Assembly: GCF_000284115.1 (NCBI RefSeq)
Contig: NC_017080.1
Span: 2,430,001-2,462,000 of the forward strand
DNA: 32,000 nt
Reading direction: 5' to 3'
From: Phycisphaera mikurensis NBRC 102666
GTDB taxonomy: Bacteria; Planctomycetota; Phycisphaerae; Phycisphaerales; Phycisphaeraceae
Positions 19,663 to 28,273 of this stretch are shown here, one piece after another. The notes under the pieces are model-generated. The model was not told the origin of the DNA. It worked only from the letters and a program-made list of their open reading frames with translations, and ran no database searches. Each line of letters starts with the position of its first letter. Position 1 is the first letter of the stretch. A program made the position numbers and the translations under genes.

Positions 19663-20794
19663 GGGCCGCCGGACCGCTCGGGGGGGCGCCAAGCTCGCGC
19701 AGCGCCGCGAGCACCCGCGGCAACACCTCGCTGACCGGCCCGTCCTGCCGGGCGCCGGCCGCCCGCGCGTGGCCGCCGCCGCCGAAGCGGGCGGCGAGGT
19801 CGGAGACGTTGATCGGCGGCCCGCCGCCGGGCCCGCTGGGTTTGCTCCGGAAGCTCATCCGGGTGACGTCGCCGCCCTTCGCGGAGACCTCGCTCAGCAG
19901 GACGACGACGTTGATGGCGTCGACCGACTGCGGGACGTCGATCACGCGCTCGGTTTCCTCCGATCGGGCGCCGGTCTCCTCGAAGTCCTGCTTCCGCAGC
20001 ACCATCACCGCCGCGTCGGCCTCGGGCACCCGCTGGAGGCTCATCAACGCGCGGGTGAGCAGGTCGAGCTTCTCCACGCGGTCCGCTTGCTCGAGCACGC
20101 CGTAGAGGGCGGCGTGGTCGCAGCCCATCCGGATCAGCGCCGCCGCGAGCTCGTGCGTCCGCGGGCGGACGTTGGAGAAGCGGAACCAGCCGGTGTCCGA
20201 AGCGATGCCGACGAAGAGCGCGTCGCGGGTGACGTGCGGAAGCGGCTTGTAGCCCGCGGAATCGCCCTCCCGCTTGCCCTCGGGGTGGTCGGGCCGGACG
20301 AGCCCCTGCACCACCTCGGCGACGAGCTCGCACGCCGCCGCCGCTTCGCCGTCGATCAGCCGGTGCGGGGCGTTCACGTCGCCGCCGAGGTGGTGGTCGA
20401 TGATGAGGGTCTGCGGGAGGTTCGCCTCGACCACCGGCCCGACCGGCCCGAGCTGCGACCAGGCCCCCGTGTCGAGCACGACGACCTGGTCGACGTCCGC
20501 CGGCGGCTGCCAGGCGGGCGTCCACACCTCCACCCGGTCGAAGCCGCGGAGCCTCCGGAGCGGGTCGGGCACCGGCGGGACGACGACGGCGTCGGCGGGG
20601 ATGCCCAGGTCGTGGAGGGTCCGCTGCAGGGCGAGCACGCTGCCGAGCGCGTCGCCGTCGGGCTTGGCGTGCGTGAAGAGCAGGCGCGTGCCCCCGCCGG
20701 ACCGGGTGAGGCGGGCGGCGGCCTCGGCGACCCCGGCGGTGCGGGTGTAGCCGCCGCTGGGCAGCGTGCTCTGGGGCGCGGGCGTGAACTTCAT
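19625..20794 (-). CDS. DHH/DHHA1-family phosphoesterase (NrnA-like oligoribonuclease / pAp phosphatase)
   Basis: Internal ATG at 20794. Motifs: HAKPDGDALGS (DHH motif I/II region), VVLDTG, IIDHH, GIASDTGWFRFSN, and the DHHA1 tail FGGGGHARAAG. The start overlaps the ribF stop (ATGA). Confidence 0.85.
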   Translation of the reverse strand: MKFTPAPQSTLPSGGYTRTAGVAEAAARLTRSGGGTRLLFTHAKPDGDALGSVLALQRTLHDLGIPADAVVVPPVPDPLRRLRGFDRVEVWTPAWQPPADVDQVVVLDTGAWSQLGPVGPVVEANLPQTLIIDHHLGGDVNAPHRLIDGEAAAACELVAEVVQGLVRPDHPEGKREGDSAGYKPLPHVTRDALFVGIASDTGWFRFSNVRPRTHELAAALIRMGCDHAALYGVLEQADRVEKLDLLTRALMSLQRVPEADAAVMVLRKQDFEETGARSEETERVIDVPQSVDAINVVVLLSEVSAKGGDVTRMSFRSKPSGPGGGPPINVSDLAARFGGGGHARAAGARQDGPVSEVLPRVLAALRELGAPPSGPAALSPSLGRSPERI

Positions 20795-21738
20795 CGGGGC
20801 GTGGCCTCCAGCGGGCGTTCGGCGAGGATCTCCGCGGCGGCCTCGACGTCGGCCGCGAGCGCGACGCGGAGGGCATCGACGCCCTCGTATCGCCGCTGGG
20901 CCCGGAGGCATCGGACGAAGCCGACGCGGACTTGGGCCCCGTAGAGGTCGCCGGAAAACCCGATCAGGTGCGCCTCGACGGTGAGGACGGTCCCGTCGAA
21001 GGTCGGCTTCGTGCCGATCGAGACGGCGGCGGGCAGGTCTCGCCTCTGGGTGTCTCCGCTCACCGCGACGCGAGCCGCGTAGACCCCTTCCGCCGGCAGC
21101 ACGCAGCCGTCGAGATCGGCCGGGTCGAGGTTCAGCGTCGGGAACCCGATCGTGCGGCCGCGCTGCTCGCCGCGGACGACGCGGGCGACCCGCTCCAGCG
21201 GCCGGCCGAGGCAGCACGCGGCGTCGGCGACGCGGCCCTCCGCAACGAGCGCGCGGATCCGCGAGCTGGACACCGCGACGCTCTCGCCGGAGGCGAGCCG
21301 GGCGTGGGTGCGGTCCAGCCGGACGGCCTCGAAGCCGGCGTCGCGGCCGAGGGCGGCCAGCAGCGCGAGGTCGCCGCGCCGGCCGCGGCCGAAGCGGAAG
21401 TCCGGGCCCTCGACGATCGCGACCGGGTGGAAGCGCCCGACAAGCCCGGCGATGAAACCTTCCGCCTCCTCGGCGAGCAGCTCCGGCGTGGGCACGAGCA
21501 CCTCGACGCGGTCCGCTCCGGCGTGGCGGAGCCGGCGGACGCGGTCTTGGAGCGTGTCGATCCGCAACGGCTCGGCGTCGGGCCGCAGCACCCGGACCGG
21601 CGGCGGGTCGAAGGTGACGGCGACGACGTCGACGCCCGCGCCCGCCGCCTCCGCGTGGCGCCGGCAGGTCCGCAGGAGGGCCTGGTGCCCCAGGTGCACA
21701 CCGTCGAAATTCCCGAGGCTGAGCACCGTCCGACGCAC
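20791..21738 (-). CDS. ribF: Bifunctional riboflavin kinase / FMN adenylyltransferase
   Basis: GTG at 21738 gives VRRTVLSLGNFDGVHLGHQALL, the canonical RibF N-terminus. Other motifs are VVTFDPPP, GPDFRFGRGRRGD, SSSRIR, GFPTLN and TVEAHLIGFSGDLYG. At ~315 aa the size fits. The ATG at 21891 would add an atypical 51-aa extension. Confidence 0.9.
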   Translation of the reverse strand: MRRTVLSLGNFDGVHLGHQALLRTCRRHAEAAGAGVDVVAVTFDPPPVRVLRPDAEPLRIDTLQDRVRRLRHAGADRVEVLVPTPELLAEEAEGFIAGLVGRFHPVAIVEGPDFRFGRGRRGDLALLAALGRDAGFEAVRLDRTHARLASGESVAVSSSRIRALVAEGRVADAACCLGRPLERVARVVRGEQRGRTIGFPTLNLDPADLDGCVLPAEGVYAARVAVSGDTQRRDLPAAVSIGTKPTFDGTVLTVEAHLIGFSGDLYGAQVRVGFVRCLRAQRRYEGVDALRVALAADVEAAAEILAERPLEATPR

Positions 21739-21931
21739 GGGCCAAGCGTACGCGGGGGCGTTGGGGACGGGGCCTCCCGGACCTCGGGCCGCCTCCCCTG
21801 CCGCAAGCCCCCCCGCGGCGTGCCCGCCCCGCCAGGGGAGCGCCCGGCCGGTCGGACGATCTCGCGGAGCGACCCGGCCGCGGGCGGCCACGGTTCGCTC
21901 CGCCGAAAGCGGCTGGATCCGATGCGTCGCG

Positions 21932-22969
21932 CTAGCGACCCGGCGGCGCCTCCGCCAGCCGCACCAGCAGCTGGGCGACGCCCGGCAGCGCGAAGGCCGC
22001 CGTGTAGTGATTCCCGGGCCGGCGGATCCAGTGGTCGTCCGCCAGCCCTTCGCCGCCGACGGCCGCGGCGAGCGCCGCCGCGTTCGCCGGGAGGATCACT
22101 TGGTCTGCCGTCGCCGTGGCGAGCCAAACCCGGTCCGGTTCGAGCCGGCCCGCGAACGCGAGCGGCTCGATCGGCCGCAGCCGGGCCTCCAGCGAACCCA
22201 TCGTCTCGCCCGACCGCAGCAGCTCCTCCCGCAGGAAGGCCGCGTCCTTGGCGCCGTCCCGCAGGCCCTCGAACGCCGACCCGCCGCCGAGGAAGCTGAC
22301 GGTGGCGACGGGCCGGCCGTCGAGCGCCGACGCGGACACCGCCGCGAACGAACCCAGCGAGATCCCCGCGAGCACGAGCCGGTCGCCGTCGATCTCGGCC
22401 AGCGCCGCGACGGCGTCCAGTGCCCGCCGCACGTCCGCCACCCCGCCGGCACCCGAGAGCACGGCCTCCGCCCCCGGCGAGCGGCCGGCCGGCGGGCGGC
22501 GGCCGCCGTAGCCCGGCAGCGTCACCACGAAGGCGTCGACGCCGGCCTGCGCCACGGCGTTGGCCAGCCCCCGCGCCAGCGGCATCCCCGGGGCCAGCGA
22601 GTGCACGATGACGACCGCGGGGCCGGCCGCGTCGCCGCGGTCGGCCCCGAACCAGAGGACCTCCACCGGGAGCGCCCGGTCGCCCCGCCCCGCGCCGGGC
22701 GTCGGCGCGGGGAAACGCAGCGTCCGCCGCGGCGCGGCGCCCGCGACCTCCACCCCGAACGCCTCGGGCGTCCAGCCCGCGGCGCGGAGCGCCCGGGCGT
22801 GCGCCGGGTCCGCCGCCGCCTCGGCCGCCGCGTCGAACGTGTCCTCGGCCCGCACCGTCCCGGCGCTCGCCGAGCCGCACGCGGCCACCGCCAGCCCCAG
22901 CCCCAGCCCCAGCCCCAGCTTCAGCCCCAGCCCCAGGTTCAAGATCCGCGGACCGTGCTTCCTCCGCAT
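21932..22969 (-). CDS. Alpha/beta-hydrolase-fold lipoprotein (dienelactone-hydrolase/peptidase S9-like)
   Basis: Internal ATG at 22969: MRRKHGPRILNLGLGLKLGLGLGLGLAVAACGS, a lipobox. A nucleophile-elbow-like GISLGS is present, with VVIVHSL and PGNHY around it. The start overlaps the helicase stop (TGATG). Confidence 0.7.
   Translation of the reverse strand: MRRKHGPRILNLGLGLKLGLGLGLGLAVAACGSASAGTVRAEDTFDAAAEAAADPAHARALRAAGWTPEAFGVEVAGAAPRRTLRFPAPTPGAGRGDRALPVEVLWFGADRGDAAGPAVVIVHSLAPGMPLARGLANAVAQAGVDAFVVTLPGYGGRRPPAGRSPGAEAVLSGAGGVADVRRALDAVAALAEIDGDRLVLAGISLGSFAAVSASALDGRPVATVSFLGGGSAFEGLRDGAKDAAFLREELLRSGETMGSLEARLRPIEPLAFAGRLEPDRVWLATATADQVILPANAAALAAAVGGEGLADDHWIRRPGNHYTAAFALPGVAQLLVRLAEAPPGR
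22891..22936. repeat. Hexanucleotide tandem repeat (CCCCAG-type, about 7 units) encoding the (LG)n signal-peptide core
   Basis: Read directly: ccagccccagccccagccccagccccagcttcagccccagccccag. It lies in-frame in the hydrolase signal peptide. Confidence 0.85.
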
Positions 22970-25092
22970 CAGATAACTCCACGGTCCGCGGCACCCACCG
23001 GCACCGGCTCGTCGAACCCCCGCTGCACCGGCACGTCCGGAAGCGCCGCGAGGAAGCGCCGGCCGTAGGGCTTGTTCACGATCCGCGGGTCCAGCACCGC
23101 CACGGTGCCGGTGTCCGTCTTGCTGCGGATCAGCCGCCCGAAGCCCTGCTTGAAGCGCAGCACCGCCTCGGGCATGGAGTAGTCGGCGAAGGCGCTCCCG
23201 CCGCGGGCGGTGACGCGCTCGCTGCGGGCCTGCACCATTGGCCGGTCGGGCACGACGAAGGGCAGCCGCGTGATGACCACCAGCCGCAGGCCCTCGCCGG
23301 CGACGTCCACGCCCTGCCAGAAGCTGTCCGCGCCCAGCAGCACGCTGCGGCGGTCGTGGCGGAAGCGGGCGAGCAGCTCGCGCCGCTGCGTCCCGGGGCC
23401 GTGCACAAGCATCGGCATCCCCCACTGCCCCAGGTGCCGGCGGATGCGATCCGCCGTGCCGCGGAGCATCGCGTAGCTGGTGAACAGCACGAAGGCTCCG
23501 CCGTCGGAAGCCTTCAGGTGGCGGAGCAGCACGTCCGCCATCGCCGCGGGGTGCTTCGGGTCGTTGGGCTCGGGCAGGCCCGGGTGGACGACGACCCGCG
23601 CCTGGCTCGCGTAGTCGAAGGGCGAGCCGAGCTGCAGCAGCGAGCGGGATGGATCGGCCATCGCGGCCGAGACGCCGAGACGCCCGGCGACGTGCGCGAA
23701 GGCCTTCTTCCTCGCCTCCGGGCTCTTCTCCGGCGTGTTCGCCGTGCTCAGCGTGGCGGAGGTGAGCACGACCGGAAGCGGCTTGCCGTGCCCGGTCTCC
23801 GCGGCGAAGAGCTTGTCCGCGAGGATCGACCCGACCTCCACCGGGCTCGCCGACAGCGTCGTCCGCTCGCGCCGCCCCGCCCGCTGCTGCGTGCCGCCGG
23901 AGGCCGGGACGTGATCGACCCAGTAGACGTGGTCGTCGAGCGTCTGCTCCACCAGGGCCTCCAGCGCCAGCGCCTGCCCCTGCGCCCGGTCGGCTTGGGC
24001 GCCGATCTCCATCTGGTCGCTCTCGTCCTCGAGCTTGTTTCGGGCGTTCTTCAGCCGCAGCGACAGCTCCTGCAGGTGCTCCGCCAGCGGCGTGGCGTCC
24101 ACCGGCGGCGGCTGGAGCAGCCGGCCGTTGTGCCGCGGGCCGCGGCCCTCCTGCCAAACGCCCAGCTCGCCGAAGAAGTCGTCGGTGACCGCCCGCGTGT
24201 GCTCCACGTGAGAGGCGAGCGTGTTCCACGCCCCGGGGTCCAGCTTGCCCTGCAGCCCCTGGAGCACGCCGCGCTTCCGCCGCGCGTTGAAGAGCCGGCC
24301 GAGCAGGAAGCGCAGCTGGGTCGACGACACCGAGACGCCGAAGTGGTCCGCCGCGGCGTCCTCGATCGTGTGCGCCTCGTCGAGGATCACCGCGTCGTAG
24401 GGCGGCAGCACGCCGTGGCCGGCCCGCCGCATCGCGAGGTCGGCGAAGAAGAGCGCGTGGTTCACCACGATCAGGTCGGCGTTCTGGATCCGCCGCCGGG
24501 CCGCCTGGAAGAAGCAGGTCTTGTACGTCGGGCAACGCTTGCCCAGGCAGTCGTCCGCGTCGCTGCGGACGTCGGTCCAGACCTCGGGCGCCGCGAGCTG
24601 CGGCAGCGTTGCGACCGAGCCCTCGGGCGTCTCCTCCAGCCAGTCCAGCACCGTCTCGACCGACCGCGTCTGCCGGTCCTCCTCGAACATCGTCGCCGAG
24701 CGGTCCCACGCCCGCCGCGTCCGCCGGCGCGAGACGTAGTTGCCGCGGCCCTTGGCCAGCACGGCGGAGAACTCGCCGGGAACGACCGACCGGAGCAGCG
24801 GCAGGTCCTTCTCCATCAGCTGTTCCTGCAGCGCGATCGTGTGGGTCGACACGATCACCCGCTTCTTCTTGTCGCGGTCGTCCGTCTGGAGGATCAGGTC
24901 GATCGCCGGCAGCAGGTACGCGAAGCTCTTGCCCACGCCCGTGCCCGCCTCGACGATCAGCTTGCCCCCGCGGGCGAAGGTGTCGGCCACCGCCTCGGCC
25001 ATCGCCGCCTGCTCGGGCCGCCGCTCGAAAGAGGCCCCCAAGCGGCGGGCGAGGGCGCCGCTGGCCGAGAGGTTGTCGAGGGCGGAGGGCAC
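22969..25092 (-). CDS. dinG: DinG/Rad3(XPD)-family ATP-dependent DNA helicase
   Basis: Walker A EAGTGVGKSFAYLLPA, DEAH box VILDEAHTIED, an Fe-S-type Cys cluster DDCLGKRCPTYKTCFF, and C-terminal helicase motifs (VLFTSY, LLGADSFWQGVDV, ITRLPF). The start is not resolved. GTG at 25092 is the nearest in-frame start upstream of the conserved ERRPEQAAMAEAV. The track start at 25446 runs through the repeat array and into aspC. Confidence 0.85.
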   Translation of the reverse strand: MPSALDNLSASGALARRLGASFERRPEQAAMAEAVADTFARGGKLIVEAGTGVGKSFAYLLPAIDLILQTDDRDKKKRVIVSTHTIALQEQLMEKDLPLLRSVVPGEFSAVLAKGRGNYVSRRRTRRAWDRSATMFEEDRQTRSVETVLDWLEETPEGSVATLPQLAAPEVWTDVRSDADDCLGKRCPTYKTCFFQAARRRIQNADLIVVNHALFFADLAMRRAGHGVLPPYDAVILDEAHTIEDAAADHFGVSVSSTQLRFLLGRLFNARRKRGVLQGLQGKLDPGAWNTLASHVEHTRAVTDDFFGELGVWQEGRGPRHNGRLLQPPPVDATPLAEHLQELSLRLKNARNKLEDESDQMEIGAQADRAQGQALALEALVEQTLDDHVYWVDHVPASGGTQQRAGRRERTTLSASPVEVGSILADKLFAAETGHGKPLPVVLTSATLSTANTPEKSPEARKKAFAHVAGRLGVSAAMADPSRSLLQLGSPFDYASQARVVVHPGLPEPNDPKHPAAMADVLLRHLKASDGGAFVLFTSYAMLRGTADRIRRHLGQWGMPMLVHGPGTQRRELLARFRHDRRSVLLGADSFWQGVDVAGEGLRLVVITRLPFVVPDRPMVQARSERVTARGGSAFADYSMPEAVLRFKQGFGRLIRSKTDTGTVAVLDPRIVNKPYGRRFLAALPDVPVQRGFDEPVPVGAADRGVI

Positions 25093-25126
25093 GGGGCAGA
25101 CGGTACGCAGCCGCTGCGCGGCTAAA

Positions 25127-25357
25127 GAGACGAAGAGACGCAGACCTGCGGCGGGCAAACCCCGGGGACCGACGAAGCTCGCCGCACCTCCGCCGGCGAC
25201 GGGCTCGGGCGATGCCCGCGTAGAGACGAAGACGGCAAGGAGCGGTCGACGCAGCCGCCGCGTCACGCCTGACTTCGTCTCTTCGTCTCTCCGTCTCTTC
25301 GTCTCTTCGTCTCTTCGTCTCTTCGTCTCTCCGCCTCTCCGTCTCTCCGTCTCTCCG
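25127..25357. repeat. Palindromic octamer array: (TTCGTCTC/TCCGTCTC)x~10 on the right, two GAGACGAA half-arms on the left
   Basis: The right array runs 25274..25357 with an 8-bp period and starts with CCTGACTTC (25268..25276). gagacgaagagacg (25127..25140) is an exact complement of cgtctcttcgtctc, which recurs in the array. gagacgaaga (25223..25232) pairs with 25280..25289, and an apical gacg/cgtc stem surrounds a 9-nt loop. The array is intergenic, between the aspC stop and the dinG start. Confidence 0.75.
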
Positions 25358-26569
25358 TCACCCGCTTCCCTCTGCCACCGCCGCCACCGCGTCGCACAGC
25401 GCGTCCACGTTCCCCGGCACCACCCCCGCCACGTTGATGCGCCCATCCCCCACGGCGTAGATCCCGTGCTCGTCCCTCAGCCGGCCGACCTGCTCGCGGG
25501 TGAGCCCGGTCAGCGTGAACATCCCCCGCTGCTTCGCGATGAAGCCGTTGCCCCCCGGCGACAGCGCGACGCCGCGGGCGTCGAGGCCGGCCTGCAGCGC
25601 GGCCCGCATGCCGTTGATGCGTTCCCGCATGCCGTCGAGCTCCTCCCGCCACCGTGCCGTCAGCTCCTCGCTCTCGAGGATCGTCTGCACCACCAGCGCC
25701 CCGTGCGCCGGCGGGTTGGAGTAGTTCCGGCGGATGGCCTGCTTCACGAGGCTCTGCGCGGCCGAGGCCGCGGCGGCGTCCGCCGCGACCACGGTCAGCG
25801 CCCCGACGCGGTCGCGGTAGAGACCGAAGTTCTTCGAGTAGCTGCTGCAGACGAGCAGCTCCGGGTTCGCGGCGGCCACCTCCCGCAGCCCGGCGGCGTC
25901 TTCCTCGAGCCCATCTCCGAAGCCCTGGTAGGCGAAGTCCAGCAGGGGCAGCACGCCCCGGTCGGCGAGGACGCCGGCGATCCGCCGCCACTGCTCGGGG
26001 CTGGGATCCGCGCCGGTGGGGTTGTGGCAGCAGCCGTGCAGGACCACGACGTCGCCGGCGGGCACCTCCTCCAGCGCCGCGAGCGCGCCGCCGAAGTCCA
26101 GGCCGCGCGTCGCCGGGTCGTACCAGCGGTAGGTCGAGGTCGCGAGCCCCGCCGCGCGGAAGATCCCGTGGTGGTTCGCCCAGGTCGGGTCGCTCAGCCA
26201 CACGGTCGCGGCCGGGAGGTTCTGCTTGACGAAGTCGCCGGCGACGCGCAGCCCGCCGGTGCCGCCGGGCGTCATCGACGTCGCGGCCCGGCCGCCGCGG
26301 ACCCGCTCATCCCCGGCCCCGAACAGCATCGACCGCACCAGCGGACCCAGCGCCGGCGGCCCGTCGATGGGCAGGTAGCCCTTGGTGGTCTCCGCTTCGA
26401 GCAGCCGCCGCTCCGCCTCCTTGACCGCGGCGGGCACGGGCGTGGCCCCGTCGGCATCCTTGTAGACCCCCACCGCGAGGTTGATCTTCGCGTCGCGGGC
26501 GTCGCCGCGGAAGGCTTCGGAGAGCCCGAGGATGGCGTCGGGCGGGGCGGGCTGGAGGGTCTCGAACAT
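25358..26569 (-). CDS. aspC: Aspartate/aromatic amino acid aminotransferase (class I, AspC/TyrB type)
   Basis: ATG at 26569 gives MFETLQPAPPDAILGLSEAFRGDARDAKINLAVGVYKD, the canonical AspC N-terminus. Also present are HGCCHNPTG, SYSKNFGLYRDRVG (the PLP lysine region) and RINVAG. Confidence 0.9.
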   Translation of the reverse strand: MFETLQPAPPDAILGLSEAFRGDARDAKINLAVGVYKDADGATPVPAAVKEAERRLLEAETTKGYLPIDGPPALGPLVRSMLFGAGDERVRGGRAATSMTPGGTGGLRVAGDFVKQNLPAATVWLSDPTWANHHGIFRAAGLATSTYRWYDPATRGLDFGGALAALEEVPAGDVVVLHGCCHNPTGADPSPEQWRRIAGVLADRGVLPLLDFAYQGFGDGLEEDAAGLREVAAANPELLVCSSYSKNFGLYRDRVGALTVVAADAAAASAAQSLVKQAIRRNYSNPPAHGALVVQTILESEELTARWREELDGMRERINGMRAALQAGLDARGVALSPGGNGFIAKQRGMFTLTGLTREQVGRLRDEHGIYAVGDGRINVAGVVPGNVDALCDAVAAVAEGSG

Positions 26570-26682
26570 GGATTCGGCTCGTCTGCGGGCGCAACGTGCG
26601 ACGCTACCACCCGCCGTGCCGCGCGGCAACGGCCGACCGCCGCGGCACGAGGCCGCCGACGCGGGCCCGGTAGTCTTGGCCC

Positions 26683-26967
26683 ATGCCCCAAGCCGCCGCC
26701 CGCCACATCCTCGTCGACACCGAAGCCAAAGCCAGCGAGATCCGCGGCGAGATCGCGGGGGGTTCGGCCACCTTCGAAGACGCCGCCGCCGCCCACAGCG
26801 CCTGCCCCTCCGCCCGCGAGGGCGGCCGGCTGGGCACCTTCGGCAAGGGGCAGATGGTCCCGGAGTTCGAGGAGGTCGTCTTCGGCAACCTGCCCGTCGG
26901 CGAGGTGAGCGAGCCGGTCAAGACCCAGTTCGGCTGGCACCTCATCGAGGTCACGCAGCGGATGTAG
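26683..26967 (+). CDS. ppiC: Parvulin-type peptidyl-prolyl cis-trans isomerase
   Basis: 94 aa: ARHILV...[27 protein letters not shown]...[13 protein letters not shown], the PpiC/Par10 pattern. Confidence 0.9.
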   Translation: MPQAAARHILVDTEAKASEIRGEIAGGSATFEDAAAAHSACPSAREGGRLGTFGKGQMVPEFEEVVFGNLPVGEVSEPVKTQFGWHLIEVTQRM

Positions 26968-27018
26968 CGCCGCGTCGTCCCCCCTCCCTCTCCCCGCGTG
27001 TCCCCTCGAACGATCCCC

Positions 27019-28203
27019 ATGAAAAGAGTCCGACTCGGCCTCCTCGGCGCCGCCGGCGGCATCGCCGGCATGCACAAGAGCTACTTCGACAAGATCGACG
27101 GGCTCGAGCTCGCCGCGGTCTGCGACGTCAGCGACGAGCGGGTGGCCCCCGTCGCCGAGGCGACCGGCGCCAGAGCCTGGACCGATGGCGAGGCGATGAT
27201 CCGCTCCGGCGAGATCGACGCCGTGCTCATCGCCTGCCCGCACTTCGACCACCCGCGGTACGCCCGCATCGCCTTCGACGCCGGCGTCCACGCCCTCACC
27301 GAGAAGCCCGTGGCCGTGACCGCCGCCGAGGCCGAGGAGACCGACCGCCTCTACGCCGAGGCGCAGAAAGAACACCCCGGCCTGCTCTACGCCGGCATGT
27401 TCAACCAGCGGACGCACCCGGTCTGGAAGGAGATCAAGCGTCTGGTGGCCGGAGGCGAGCTCGGCGAGCTGATGCGGGTCGGCTGGACGATCTCCACCTG
27501 GTTCCGCACGCAGTCCTACTACGACAGCGGCGGCTGGCGGGCCACCTGGTCGGGCGAGGGCGGCGGCGTGTTGCTCAACCAGTGCCCCCACAACCTCGAC
27601 CTGCTGTGCTGGTTCGTCGGGCAGCCCTCGCGCGTCATCGCCAAGGCCTCGCTCGGCAAGCAGCACGCCATCGAGGTCGAGGACGAGGTCTCCGCCCTGC
27701 TGGACTTCCCCAACGGCGCCACCGGCACCTTCTTCACCTCCACCGGCGAAGCCCCCGGCGTCAACCGCCTGGAGATCGTCGGCACCGGCGGCACCGTGAT
27801 CTGCGAGGACAACAAGCTGACGTTCCTGCGGGCGGGCACCCCGGTGGACGAGTTCACCCGGACCTGCTCCGCCAAGTTCGCGACCCTGCCGACCACGCGG
27901 ATGGAGGTCACGCCGCCGCCGCTGGAAGGCCCCGAGCACGAGCACATCACCCGCAACTTCGTCGAGACCATCCTCGCGGGCGGCGGCCAGGGCGACCTCA
28001 TCGCCCCCGCGCCCGAGGGAATTCTGGGCCTGGAGCTCGGCAACGCGATGCTGATGTCCGGCCTGCAAGGCAGCTTCCCGATCGACCTGCCCATGGACCG
28101 CGCCGCCTTCGCCGCGAAGCTGAAGGAGCTGCAGGCGGCCAGCACGTACGTGAAGCCGGAGGTGAAGGAAGCGGAGGGCGACCTGGCGAAGAGCTTCGCG
28201 TGA
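27019..28203 (+). CDS. Gfo/Idh/MocA-family NAD(P)-dependent oxidoreductase
   Basis: ATG at 27019 (MKRVRLGLLGAAGGIAGMH), a Rossmann N-terminus. Also ACPHFDHPRYA, LTEKPVA and a C-terminal alpha/beta domain. The GTG at 26998 is a less likely start. Confidence 0.85.
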   Translation: MKRVRLGLLGAAGGIAGMHKSYFDKIDGLELAAVCDVSDERVAPVAEATGARAWTDGEAMIRSGEIDAVLIACPHFDHPRYARIAFDAGVHALTEKPVAVTAAEAEETDRLYAEAQKEHPGLLYAGMFNQRTHPVWKEIKRLVAGGELGELMRVGWTISTWFRTQSYYDSGGWRATWSGEGGGVLLNQCPHNLDLLCWFVGQPSRVIAKASLGKQHAIEVEDEVSALLDFPNGATGTFFTSTGEAPGVNRLEIVGTGGTVICEDNKLTFLRAGTPVDEFTRTCSAKFATLPTTRMEVTPPPLEGPEHEHITRNFVETILAGGGQGDLIAPAPEGILGLELGNAMLMSGLQGSFPIDLPMDRAAFAAKLKELQAASTYVKPEVKEAEGDLAKSFA

Positions 28204-28273
28204 GGCGCAGCGGCTTCTCCGCTCGCCCCTCCTGCTGGACTCTCCGCTTCCTCGCTCCGCCCGCTCCGCCCCC

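Noticed and set aside
21864-21903. Hairpin after the hydrolase stop (gcggagcga..tcgctccgc)
   Set aside because: It has a stem of about 9 bp with a mismatch and a loop of about 17 nt, with no U-tract. It is plausible as a terminator but too weak to report as a feature.
25274-25357. CRISPR array
   Set aside because: The period is 8 bp with no spacers, there are no cas genes, and the repeats are simple tandem octamers.
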